Positions 29,560 through 38,014 of a DNA stretch of 64,000 bases are shown one piece after another; within the stretch, counting starts at the first letter, position 1; the number at the start of each line of letters is the position of its first letter. The notes beneath the pieces are model-generated. The model searched no databases, was not told the DNA's origin, and saw only the letters and a program-made list of their open reading frames with translations. The stretch lies in assembly GCA_963823555.1 (NCBI GenBank), contig CAWGMA010000001.1:32001-96000 (forward strand). Reading direction: 5' to 3'. The translations under genes and the position numbers were made by a program. Source of the DNA: Candidatus Eiseniibacteriota bacterium (GTDB taxonomy: Bacteria > Eisenbacteria > RBG-16-71-46 > CAVPCR01).

Positions 29560-30120
29560 GTGCGATTGACCACAAGCAGCCGCTTCCTGAGAGCAACTGC
29601 GGCTCTCCTGACGGTGCTGATCGCCGGTTTCACCGCGCCGCTCGCTGCGGCCCCCGCTGGCGGCGACCCGGCACCGCCCTTCCGGTTGCCGGCTCTCACC
29701 AGCGGTCATGTCCTGGGCTCGGATTCACTCCTGGCGGCGGGGCGTCCCACCTGTCTCATCCTGTGGAACACGGCCTGTTCCGATTGCCTTGCCGATGTCC
29801 TGGCCGCCGCCGAGCGGCTGGCCGCGTGCGATTCGCTGGCCATCATCGGGATCGTGAGCGGAGAAGAGCGAGTGGGCGATGCACGCCGCTTCATGCGTGA
29901 CACCGACCTCCGCTTCCTGAACCTCTGGGATGCGACGGGCGCCGTCGGTCGTGCCTACGGCATCGGCGAGGAGAGTTTCAGCGCCTACCTCATCGCGGCC
30001 GACCGCCGTATCCTCCTCGGTCAGGTCGGTCATCCTCCCGACCGCGCTGAGTTCTTCTCTCGGATGTGCGCTCTGGCCCATGAGCCAGACGGGGGAGGGA
30101 GTGATGAGCTCGAGCCATGA
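29560..30120 (+). CDS. Exported TlpA/redoxin-family thiol-disulfide oxidoreductase
   Basis: Signal peptide, GDPAPPFRL, WNTACSDC (CxxC) and WDATGAVGRAYGI. Confidence 0.75.
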   Translation: MRLTTSSRFLRATAALLTVLIAGFTAPLAAAPAGGDPAPPFRLPALTSGHVLGSDSLLAAGRPTCLILWNTACSDCLADVLAAAERLAACDSLAIIGIVSGEERVGDARRFMRDTDLRFLNLWDATGAVGRAYGIGEESFSAYLIAADRRILLGQVGHPPDRAEFFSRMCALAHEPDGGGSDELEP

Positions 30121-31615
30121 CGCCGATGGACCTCGACGTCCCTGCCTTCCCGGAGCCGGGATCCTTGCGACGATCCTGCTTGCCGGAAGCCTCATGCCTG
30201 ATGTCGGGCACGGTGCCAGCCTGCTCGAAGGCCGGGTCGAGCTCACGGGTGATGTCCGTCTGCGCTGGCTACAATCGGACGTGGATGGCGGTGTCATCAC
30301 GGGGCTCTACGGGGAGCCTCTTCGCCAGCAAACCTCCTTCCTTCACCGCTTCACCCTCGCGGTGGAAGGTCGACTCACCGACCGGCTGATGGCGGGTGGC
30401 CTCATTAGGATCAGCAACGAGCCCGATCGCGTGCTGGCCCTCGGTCCCGATTACTTCTCATCTTCCTTCGGCAGCGCGTTCATCGCCGCGCAATGGCCGG
30501 CCTTCGAGGCCCGAGGCGGCTACTATCCGGTGCATACGACCCCGCTTGGATTGATGCGCTGGGACCGGGAGGACCTGGGCCTCGGTGGATCGCAACGGGG
30601 CTGCAGCGTGTGCGGAGGCGCTTCGGCCGGCGTGCTCCTCGAGAGCCTCGAGGAAATCGACGACGATCTGACCTTCGAGGGCGCGCGGGTGGGGGGAACC
30701 GTCGATCGCTTCGATCTCGACTGGATGGTCCTCTACGCCCGGCCCCAGGCGGCTACGCTCGACGAGGTGCCAGGGATCGGCGTCTTCGACGAGGAGACGT
30801 TCCGCTATCACCAGGACCTCATCACGGGTCGCCTGATCTTCTCCCGTCTTCATGCGCCCACGCTCGGTTTCCGTCGCTTGGGGCTCGCTGTCTATCACGT
30901 TCGCGATGATCCGGCGAATCCGCCCTGCCCGACCCTGCCCGAGAGCCCGACCTGTTTCGCTCACGAGCAGTCCGCCTTCGGTGTCGACATTCGCCTGCCC
31001 CTCGGCCGGCGCCTGCTCGCCGAAGGCGAGTGGTTGCGCACCGCCGCACGCGAGGATGCACGCGGCGATTCGCTCCCGGTAGCCTGGGAGAACGGCTTCC
31101 GCTTGACCGGGGAGCTCGTGATCCTGCCCGAGCGGCTCCGTCTCAACTCGGCCTATCTCTGGCTTGGCGAGCGTTTCGACTCCCCATACAGCGCGCTCAC
31201 CTATCGTCCCAACCGGACCGGTCAGCGTCACCGCCTGACCGCGACGCTGACGGCGGTCGATCTCGAAGCGTTCGTACGCCTCACGCGTCCCGTGGCTCCG
31301 GAATGGGTGGTGGCCAACCGCGCTCGCCTCCATAGCGAACGGCTGTTGAGCGGCCAAGGATCCTTCATCTGGCGCGAGCGCTGGCGCGCCATCGCCGGGA
31401 TCCAGGTGGAGAGACGTGAACTCGATGTTCTCGCCGGATGGGAGGGCGATTACCGGGATGGTGACCGACGCATCGTGCTGGCCGAGATCCACTACATGAT
31501 GGATGTCCTGGACCTCTACTTCAGCCAGCAGTGGATCCACGAGGAAGAGCCGCGCGCAGCGGCCGACACGAGCACGGCCACAGTCGTTGCGCTCGGAGCC
31601 CGCGCCCGATTCTGA
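30104..31615 (+). CDS. Probable outer-membrane beta-barrel protein containing a CxxC loop
   Basis: Signal-like N-terminus, alternating strands, C-terminal ALGARARF, internal GCSVCGG. Overlaps the redoxin stop. Confidence 0.65.
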   Translation: MSSSHDADGPRRPCLPGAGILATILLAGSLMPDVGHGASLLEGRVELTGDVRLRWLQSDVDGGVITGLYGEPLRQQTSFLHRFTLAVEGRLTDRLMAGGLIRISNEPDRVLALGPDYFSSSFGSAFIAAQWPAFEARGGYYPVHTTPLGLMRWDREDLGLGGSQRGCSVCGGASAGVLLESLEEIDDDLTFEGARVGGTVDRFDLDWMVLYARPQAATLDEVPGIGVFDEETFRYHQDLITGRLIFSRLHAPTLGFRRLGLAVYHVRDDPANPPCPTLPESPTCFAHEQSAFGVDIRLPLGRRLLAEGEWLRTAAREDARGDSLPVAWENGFRLTGELVILPERLRLNSAYLWLGERFDSPYSALTYRPNRTGQRHRLTATLTAVDLEAFVRLTRPVAPEWVVANRARLHSERLLSGQGSFIWRERWRAIAGIQVERRELDVLAGWEGDYRDGDRRIVLAEIHYMMDVLDLYFSQQWIHEEEPRAAADTSTATVVALGARARF

Positions 31616-31673
31616 GCGCGGATCGACACCGCTGCGGCCTCGGTCCGGGACGCGCCCGATTCGCGGTCGGGCG

Positions 31674-32459
31674 CTAGCGGAAGCGCTCCTTGACGGCACC
31701 CCAGGTGGTCGGTTCCACCGGGGCCGGGGTCTCCTGATAGGCGCCGATATGGGTTCCCGGCGGATCGCCGGCGGTGAGGCATGGACTACCGGGAGCGAGA
31801 TGAAAGTCGCAGGTCTCGGACGTGGTTCGTGGGTCGACGAAGCGCGGATCGGCGATCATGCAGTGATGCTCCGGGAGCGGCTCGTATTCCAGGGGTGGGG
31901 TGGAGCAACCGCACCACAGCGCATAGTGGCCCCCCTCACCCGGCGGCAGTCCCAAGCCGTTCTGGAATGCGGCGCCGTGATGCATGAGCGGTGTGTAGAC
32001 ATCATGGAGGACGGCGCCCCACTCGCTGTTATTCATGAAGATGCAGTTGATGATATCCGTCGCGTTGCGGTTGATCTCGTCCATGTAGAGGCCCCAGAGG
32101 TTGCCGTAGAAGACGCAGTTCCTCACGTGGCCCTCGCTGCCCGCGGCATAGACCAGCGCGGCGGTCGACCGGAGCGGCGGTCCATTCATCAGCACGCAGC
32201 CATCGATGTCGAGCCGAGTGCGGAAATCGAGTACTCGGATCGCCTCGCCGGCGAGGTCGAGGATGGCGCCGTGGCCGCGGATCGCGTTCGTCCCCGTGGT
32301 CAGGTAGAGGCCGCCCGTGTAGACGGCGAGGCTGTCCAGGTGGAGGATGCGGTCGTAGCCGCTGCCCGGCCCGGCCTCGCTGGCCCAGACCGCGGCGAGA
32401 TCCTCGCCTCGCACGGGCGTGGCCACGACGATGAGAAGGACAAGCAACGTCATGCGCAT
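31674..32459 (-). CDS. Small secreted beta-helix-like protein with C-terminal TTWG..K motif
   Basis: Signal peptide, VRNCVFYGN and IINCIFMNN repeats, IADPRFVD...DFHLAPGSPCL.AG...IGAY, ending PVEPTTWGAVKERFR. Confidence 0.75.
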   Translation of the reverse strand: MRMTLLVLLIVVATPVRGEDLAAVWASEAGPGSGYDRILHLDSLAVYTGGLYLTTGTNAIRGHGAILDLAGEAIRVLDFRTRLDIDGCVLMNGPPLRSTAALVYAAGSEGHVRNCVFYGNLWGLYMDEINRNATDIINCIFMNNSEWGAVLHDVYTPLMHHGAAFQNGLGLPPGEGGHYALWCGCSTPPLEYEPLPEHHCMIADPRFVDPRTTSETCDFHLAPGSPCLTAGDPPGTHIGAYQETPAPVEPTTWGAVKERFR

Positions 32460-32491
32460 GGCTTGGTCTCCCTGCCGTGCCGGCGCAGCGC

Positions 32492-34000
32492 TCAATCGAG
32501 CCGCACGAGCTTGCCCCTGATCGGCGGCTCGTGGCGCCCTCCAGCACGGCCGAGTTCGATCGCGTAGAAGTACACTCCGGGGGCGGCCGGCCCACCGCCG
32601 GTGGCGCGGCCATCCCAGACGATTTCACCACGGCCGTCCAGACGCGCCACGACGCGTCCGGCGGCGTCCATGATCCGGACCGCTCCCGGCCCCGGCCCGA
32701 TCGCGAAGGCCACGCTTCCCGCGAACGGATTGGGGCCGACGTCGAGGTGCACGGGGGCCGGCTCGGGGGTCGCCACGGCCACCGGCGGCTCCAGCTGGGC
32801 CAGCTCGGCGACCGCCGCCAGCGCGCCCCGGGCCATCTCGGTCGCATAGTCGACATCGAGCGTCACGAGAAGGTCGGCGATCGTGTGGTAGTTGTAGTTC
32901 CAGTCCGGCGCCTGGCGCATCTGGGCATCGATGTCGAAGACCGCTGGATAGCCATGCACGGCGAACCAGTAGTGGTCGCTGGCATACAGCGGATCGGACT
33001 GCACGATCAGGTGGAGGACGCAGCTGGTATAGGTCTGTACGCAATCGCCCACGTGCTGGGCGAGCGGCTGGGAAACGGTCGCGTCCGTATACCAATTAGC
33101 ATCCCATTCCGGATAGCTGGGATGGACGAAGGCGATCATGTCGAGATTGACAACTCCGCGCAAATCCTCGTTGTGCGGCATGACTCGCTGCTCAACATAG
33201 AACTTGCTGCCGACGAGCCCCAGTTCCTCGGCCCCGAAAGCGATGAAGCGGATGGTCGCCTGGCAAGAATAAGGCGCGAGGACACGGGCGCATTCGAGGA
33301 CCGCCGCGGTGCCGCTGGCGTTGTCATCGGCTCCCGGTGCATTGGCCAGCGGTTGTCCGGAGATGGAATCGTAGTGCCCGCAGAGGATGTAGATCTCATC
33401 CGGCCGCGTCGTCCCACGCTTCTCCGCAATGACGTTGAAGCTGGTGCCATCCCCGGCCGGGAAGGGATCCAGCTCGACGGGGAGTCCGAGCTCGGCAAAG
33501 CGGCCGGCAAGATACTCGGCGGCGGCCAGAGCGCTGTCGCTCTGGGCATGGCGCGTCACGAAGTCCTGGAGGCGCTGGATGGTGGCCTCCATCTCGGCTG
33601 CCGACATGGCGGCGACGAGGCCGGCCACCAGCGGATCCGCTGTGTGCTCCGGGGGCGGAGCAGCCAGGACCGGTGCCGGAGCGGTGCGAGAGACCATCGC
33701 CGGGTGGGGTGGCTCACGGGCGCCGTCCTCGAGCCGGACGAGGTCGAAGCCGCGAGCGGCAAGCGACTCCGCGGATCTCGATCCGGCGACGATGACGGCG
33801 CCGGGGGTCACGGTGACGATGCGCACGCCCGAGGGCAGGGGAGCCAGTTCCCCGGGCTCGGCGAAGATGAGATAGGTGGGCTCGCCATCCGGGGCCGGAT
33901 GAGCTGTCGCCAGCGCGACGAGGCCGGCGCAGAGGATGGCGGCCAGGCTCGCCGGGAGCGCGAGGCGGGGGGGGGCCCTTCCGGGGAGGCTCTGCTTCAT
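32492..34000 (-). CDS. M28 family zinc aminopeptidase with FlgD-Ig CTD
   Basis: CGHYDS, GADDNASG, AEELGL, NLDMIA, SDHYWF and NYHT motifs; CTD PNPF...WDGR...GVYF. Confidence 0.92.
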   Translation of the reverse strand: MKQSLPGRAPPRLALPASLAAILCAGLVALATAHPAPDGEPTYLIFAEPGELAPLPSGVRIVTVTPGAVIVAGSRSAESLAARGFDLVRLEDGAREPPHPAMVSRTAPAPVLAAPPPEHTADPLVAGLVAAMSAAEMEATIQRLQDFVTRHAQSDSALAAAEYLAGRFAELGLPVELDPFPAGDGTSFNVIAEKRGTTRPDEIYILCGHYDSISGQPLANAPGADDNASGTAAVLECARVLAPYSCQATIRFIAFGAEELGLVGSKFYVEQRVMPHNEDLRGVVNLDMIAFVHPSYPEWDANWYTDATVSQPLAQHVGDCVQTYTSCVLHLIVQSDPLYASDHYWFAVHGYPAVFDIDAQMRQAPDWNYNYHTIADLLVTLDVDYATEMARGALAAVAELAQLEPPVAVATPEPAPVHLDVGPNPFAGSVAFAIGPGPGAVRIMDAAGRVVARLDGRGEIVWDGRATGGGPAAPGVYFYAIELGRAGGRHEPPIRGKLVRLD

Positions 34001-34071
34001 GATGGATGCCCTCGAGTGGCAACCAGCCGGCCTGCCGGCGTTGGCGAGATCCAGAAGATCCGGACGCTTGC

Positions 34072-34521
34072 CTAGGAGAAGGCCACGCCGAGCTCGCGAG
34101 CCACCGTCTCCTGCACGAGCACGGTCTCGCGATGCTCGTGGTCGCGCAACCGGGCCAGGAGAGCGATCAGGCTATCGCGCACGTCCTCGACCAGATTCTC
34201 CTCACGCTGGCTCAGCGCACGATCAAGGATAGCACGCATTTCGGCCAGGATCTCCAGGTGCTCGCGGCGGAAGATGGCGAGGGCTGGAATCAGCTCGCGG
34301 CGATCGGCGGCGAGGATCCGCAGGAAGCTATTTTCCTCGGCCTCGTAGTGGTGCTCCAGGGCACCGTGCAGACGGTAGATCTCGCCCCGCAGGGTCGCGA
34401 TCTCGGTTCTTGGCGTGGACCGAGCCTCCGCGGCGCCGATCAGTTTCTCGACCCGCTCGATGCTTCGCAGAAGCTCCCGGTGCTCCTCGAGCACCGATCG
34501 CCAATCGAGGTGCTCCGACAC
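34072..34521 (-). CDS. Hemerythrin/HHE cation-binding domain protein
   Basis: GTG start after GGAGGAGG; helical protein with EEHREL, HHYEAEE, REHLEI and DHEHRE ligand spacing. Confidence 0.7.
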   Translation of the reverse strand: MSEHLDWRSVLEEHRELLRSIERVEKLIGAAEARSTPRTEIATLRGEIYRLHGALEHHYEAEENSFLRILAADRRELIPALAIFRREHLEILAEMRAILDRALSQREENLVEDVRDSLIALLARLRDHEHRETVLVQETVARELGVAFS

Positions 34522-34560
34522 GGTCCACCTCCTCCCAGCATCCAGGCGCCCCGGGACCGT

Positions 34561-34580
34561 TGTTGAGGATAATTTCAACA
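34561..34580. promoter_or_regulatory. Palindrome upstream of the hemerythrin-like gene
   Basis: TGTTGA-ggataatt-TCAACA, 40-60 bp upstream of the GTG start in an AT-rich patch. Confidence 0.45.
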
Positions 34581-34888
34581 GCTATCTCCATGTAATTCTG
34601 CAAGATGCATGCCGCAGGCGCGGCGAGCAGTCCGGGTGCCAGATATGGGGTTAGACCAGCGAGGGTGTCGATCACGCTGACAGTCTGTCCCTCCTGCGGC
34701 CGGATGCGGTTCCGAGTGGCAGTGCGGTGATCTGGGGAGTCTCCACCGATCTGGAGGTCAGGATCCGGGCCGCTACCTTCGCCAGTTCAGCCCCGGCCCC
34801 GCACCCGCCGGAGTTGCGGCATAATGGTCCCTCGCGACCAAAACCACCCTCGCGGCAGACTCCTGAACTCCCAACCAACGAGCACCGC

Positions 34889-35656
34889 ATGATCTCGAGT
34901 CCGACCACGCACAAGGGCACCCACCCCGATCGCATCCCCTGCTTGATCTGTGGCCGACCTGGTTCCGAACTCCTGTGCTGTATCCAGGCTCCCCGACTCA
35001 TCCGGCTCGAGTCCGAGGGCCGCGTTCAGAGCTATGGGCCCGGACAGGTGATCTTCCATGCCGCAACGCCGCCGCTGGCCCTCTACTGCCTGTGTGAGGG
35101 ACAGGTCAAGATCTTCACGACGGCGATCAATGGTGTCGTCCAGATCCTCCGCTTGCGGGGTCCAGGTGATCTCCTGGGCTATCGCGCCCTGCTCGCAGGC
35201 GAGCCCTATGCGGCCACCGCTCAGGCGATCACCGAGGTCAAAGTAGTCACGATCAAGGCTGAGCACGTGCATGCCGTGATTCGAAAATCACCCGGCGTGG
35301 CGTCCTGCTTCCTGCGTTTGCTGGCTCGCGATCTGCGCGTGTCAGAGGAGAATCTGGTCGCGTGTACACAGCTTCCGGTCCGCCGCCGTACCGCGCGCTT
35401 TCTCCTCTCTCTCCTCGGCAGCGCGCTGCATCCCCGAAAGGCCGGCGGCACGGTCTCGTTGAAGCTCCCGATCTCCCGGATCGAGATGGCGCAGGTACTG
35501 AGTACGACGCCGGAGACGTTGTCTCGCGCGTTGCGGTCGCTCGCGGAAAAGGGCGTCATCTCGGTCCAAGGGAATCAGCTCGTCGTGCGAAGCGTTTCCG
35601 GCCTGGTCGCGGCGGCCGGCCCCGACTACCACCGGCGCTTGAGCAGGAAGCACTAG
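34889..35656 (+). CDS. Crp/Fnr family transcriptional regulator with N-terminal Cys cluster
   Basis: CLIC..LLCC; cNMP-binding fold (GQVKI, PGDLLGYRALL); HTH ISRIEMAQVLSTTPETLSRAL. Start is uncertain. Confidence 0.9.
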   Translation: MISSPTTHKGTHPDRIPCLICGRPGSELLCCIQAPRLIRLESEGRVQSYGPGQVIFHAATPPLALYCLCEGQVKIFTTAINGVVQILRLRGPGDLLGYRALLAGEPYAATAQAITEVKVVTIKAEHVHAVIRKSPGVASCFLRLLARDLRVSEENLVACTQLPVRRRTARFLLSLLGSALHPRKAGGTVSLKLPISRIEMAQVLSTTPETLSRALRSLAEKGVISVQGNQLVVRSVSGLVAAAGPDYHRRLSRKH

Positions 35657-35748
35657 AACGCTCTCCTGCGGATTCGTCGAGTCATCCCTTCGCCGCTTCC
35701 CCGGGGCGGGCCCATCGGGGTCGGGTGCGGCCAGGCTTGGACTGGATC

Positions 35749-35762
35749 TTGATATAGATCAA
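35749..35762. promoter_or_regulatory. FNR-type binding site upstream of the multicopper oxidase
   Basis: Perfect TTGAT-atag-ATCAA (extends to CTTGAT...ATCAAG); candidate -10 TATAAA at 35807-35812; ATG at 35880. Confidence 0.8.
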
Positions 35763-35879
35763 GTAGCAGGATGACATCGGGCATGGCGCGGAAGCCGGTG
35801 GTCCCTTATAAACAGCATCCCCGCGATTGAACTCCCGCTGGCCGATCTCCCTCCTGGCCGCGGTTCTTAGGAGGATCCC

Positions 35880-37937
35880 ATGACCCGCAAGCATTCGTGC
35901 GCCCTGGCTGTCCTGGCCGCGGCGATCCTGGCCCATCTCACCCTGGGGAGCACCGGGGCCACGGCCCAGCTCCTTCTCGATCCCCTCACCCAGCCCAAGT
36001 TCGTGAACCCACTCCCGGCCCCCGGGGTGATCGACGCCACGCAGGGCGGGACGTTCGAGGTCACGATGTCGCAGTTCGAGCAGTGGCTCGGTCTCGTCGA
36101 TCCGGTGACCGGCGCCTCCATGATGACGACGGTGTGGGGATACGATGGGAGCTACCCGGGACCCACTTTCGAGGTTCGCTCTGATGTTCCTGTCGACGTG
36201 CGGTGGGTCAACGGGCTCGTTGACGGCAACGGGGCACCGCGGCCGCACCTCCTGCCCGTGGACACGAGCCTGCACTGGGCGCATCCCAGCGGCTGGCCCG
36301 CCAGCGGCGTGCCCACGGTCACGCATCTCCACGGCGGCCACACCGAGTCGGCGAGCGACGGCCTACCCGATGCCTGGTTCACGCCGGGTTTCGATCAGCG
36401 CGGCTCGGGCTGGGTCAAGGAGACCTATCACTACGACAACGATCAGGAAGCGGCGACCATCTGGTATCACGATCACGCGCTCGGCATCACGCGCCTGAAC
36501 GTGTACGCGGGCCTCGCCGGCTTCTACCTGATCCGGGACGACTGGGAGCTCTCGCTGAACCTCCCGAGCGGCGCCTACGAGGTGCCGATCGTGATCCAGG
36601 ATCGCATGTTCACGGCTGACGGCGAACTCTACTACCCCTCGACGCCCGAGGAGCCCGGAGCCCCCGATCCGAGCGTGCTGCCTGAGTTCTTCGGCGACGT
36701 GGTCCTTGTCAACGGCATGGCGTGGCCGTACCTGGACGTCGAGCCGCGGAAGTACCGCCTTCGCTTCCTGAACGGGTCCGATTCCCGTTTCTACTCCATG
36801 TGGATCGCTGGCGGGCCGATGCTGACGCAGATCGGCACCGACAACGGGCTCCTGTATCAGCCGGTGCCCGTCGACAAGCTCACCCTCGGACCGGGCGAGC
36901 GGGCGGACGTCGTCGTCGACTTCTCCAACTGGGCTGGCCGCACGTTCACTCTCCGCAACAACGCCAAGTCTCCCTATCCGGGTGGAGAAACGGTCGATCC
37001 GCGCACTGCCGGCCAGCTCATGCAGTTCCGTGTGAGCCCGACCCCGGTCGAGGATCCGAGCTCGCTGCCGGCGATCCTGCGCGAGGAGCCGATCGAGCCG
37101 CTGGGTCCAGCGGTACGCACGCGGAAGCTCCTTCTCTTCGAGGGCACGGACGCGTACGGACGCTTGCAGCCTCTCCTCGGGATCGTCGATCCCGACCGCC
37201 CCGATCTGGACGGCACGCTTCTCTGGGACGAGGAGATCACCGAGAACCCGATGGTCGACGACATCGAGATCTGGGAAGTCTACAACGCCACCATGGATGC
37301 GCATCCCATTCACCTTCATCTGGTCGCCTTCCAGATCCTGGGCCGGCAGAAGTACACGGGCACCATTGCCGCAAAGCAGAACATGCAGGGCACGGTGGGA
37401 GGCGTGCTCTCAGACATCCGCCTGCGCGGAAACGAGAAGCCGCCGGCTGCGAACGAGCGCGGATGGAAGGACACCGCCCAGATGCTCCCCGGTGAGGTGA
37501 CGCGGGTCATCGCCAAGTTCGATCGCGAGGGCCTCTACGTCTGGCACTGCCACATCCTCTCGCACGAGGATCACGAGATGATGCGGCCGTACTACGTGGG
37601 TGCGATGCCGAGTGAACTGCAGACCGCGGTGGACGATACGCCGGCTGGTACGCAGCCGCCGGTGGTGGCGCTCGAGGCGAACCGTCCCAATCCATTCAAT
37701 CCGCATACCGAGATCGGTTTCCTGGTCCCCCGGCGGGGACGGGCCGAGGTGACGGTCTACGACACCGCCGGGCGTGTCGTGCGCAAGCTCGCCGACCGTG
37801 AGTTCGAAGCGGGGCGGCATGCGCTGGTATGGGATGGTCGCGACGCCGGCGGTTCACCCGTGGCGAGCGGCGTCTACATCTACGAGCTCCGGAGCGGAGA
37901 CCTGGTGAAATCGGGCAAGATGACGCTCGCCCGCTAG
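35880..37937 (+). CDS. CotA/bilirubin-oxidase-like multicopper oxidase with FlgD-Ig CTD
   Basis: All four Cu motifs (THLHGG, WYHDH, HPIHLH, WHCHILSHEDHEM); signal peptide; CTD PNPFNP...WDGRD...SGVY. Confidence 0.95.
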   Translation: MTRKHSCALAVLAAAILAHLTLGSTGATAQLLLDPLTQPKFVNPLPAPGVIDATQGGTFEVTMSQFEQWLGLVDPVTGASMMTTVWGYDGSYPGPTFEVRSDVPVDVRWVNGLVDGNGAPRPHLLPVDTSLHWAHPSGWPASGVPTVTHLHGGHTESASDGLPDAWFTPGFDQRGSGWVKETYHYDNDQEAATIWYHDHALGITRLNVYAGLAGFYLIRDDWELSLNLPSGAYEVPIVIQDRMFTADGELYYPSTPEEPGAPDPSVLPEFFGDVVLVNGMAWPYLDVEPRKYRLRFLNGSDSRFYSMWIAGGPMLTQIGTDNGLLYQPVPVDKLTLGPGERADVVVDFSNWAGRTFTLRNNAKSPYPGGETVDPRTAGQLMQFRVSPTPVEDPSSLPAILREEPIEPLGPAVRTRKLLLFEGTDAYGRLQPLLGIVDPDRPDLDGTLLWDEEITENPMVDDIEIWEVYNATMDAHPIHLHLVAFQILGRQKYTGTIAAKQNMQGTVGGVLSDIRLRGNEKPPAANERGWKDTAQMLPGEVTRVIAKFDREGLYVWHCHILSHEDHEMMRPYYVGAMPSELQTAVDDTPAGTQPPVVALEANRPNPFNPHTEIGFLVPRRGRAEVTVYDTAGRVVRKLADREFEAGRHALVWDGRDAGGSPVASGVYIYELRSGDLVKSGKMTLAR

Positions 37938-37955
37938 GCGCGGCGGAGTCCAGCA

Positions 37956-38003
37956 ACCGCGGTCGCACCCTGCGCTCGATCCGACGCCGGGTGCGGCCGC
38001 GGT
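37956..38003. terminator. Hairpin between convergent genes
   Basis: ACCGCGGTCGCACCC ... GGGTGCGGCCGCGGT (15-bp stem with one G-U pair); no clear U tract. Confidence 0.4.
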
Positions 38004-38014
38004 CCCATTTCGTG

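Noticed and set aside
29760..29790. Selenocysteine or readthrough in the redoxin active site
   Set aside because: Both CxxC positions are ordinary Cys codons and there is no in-frame TGA.
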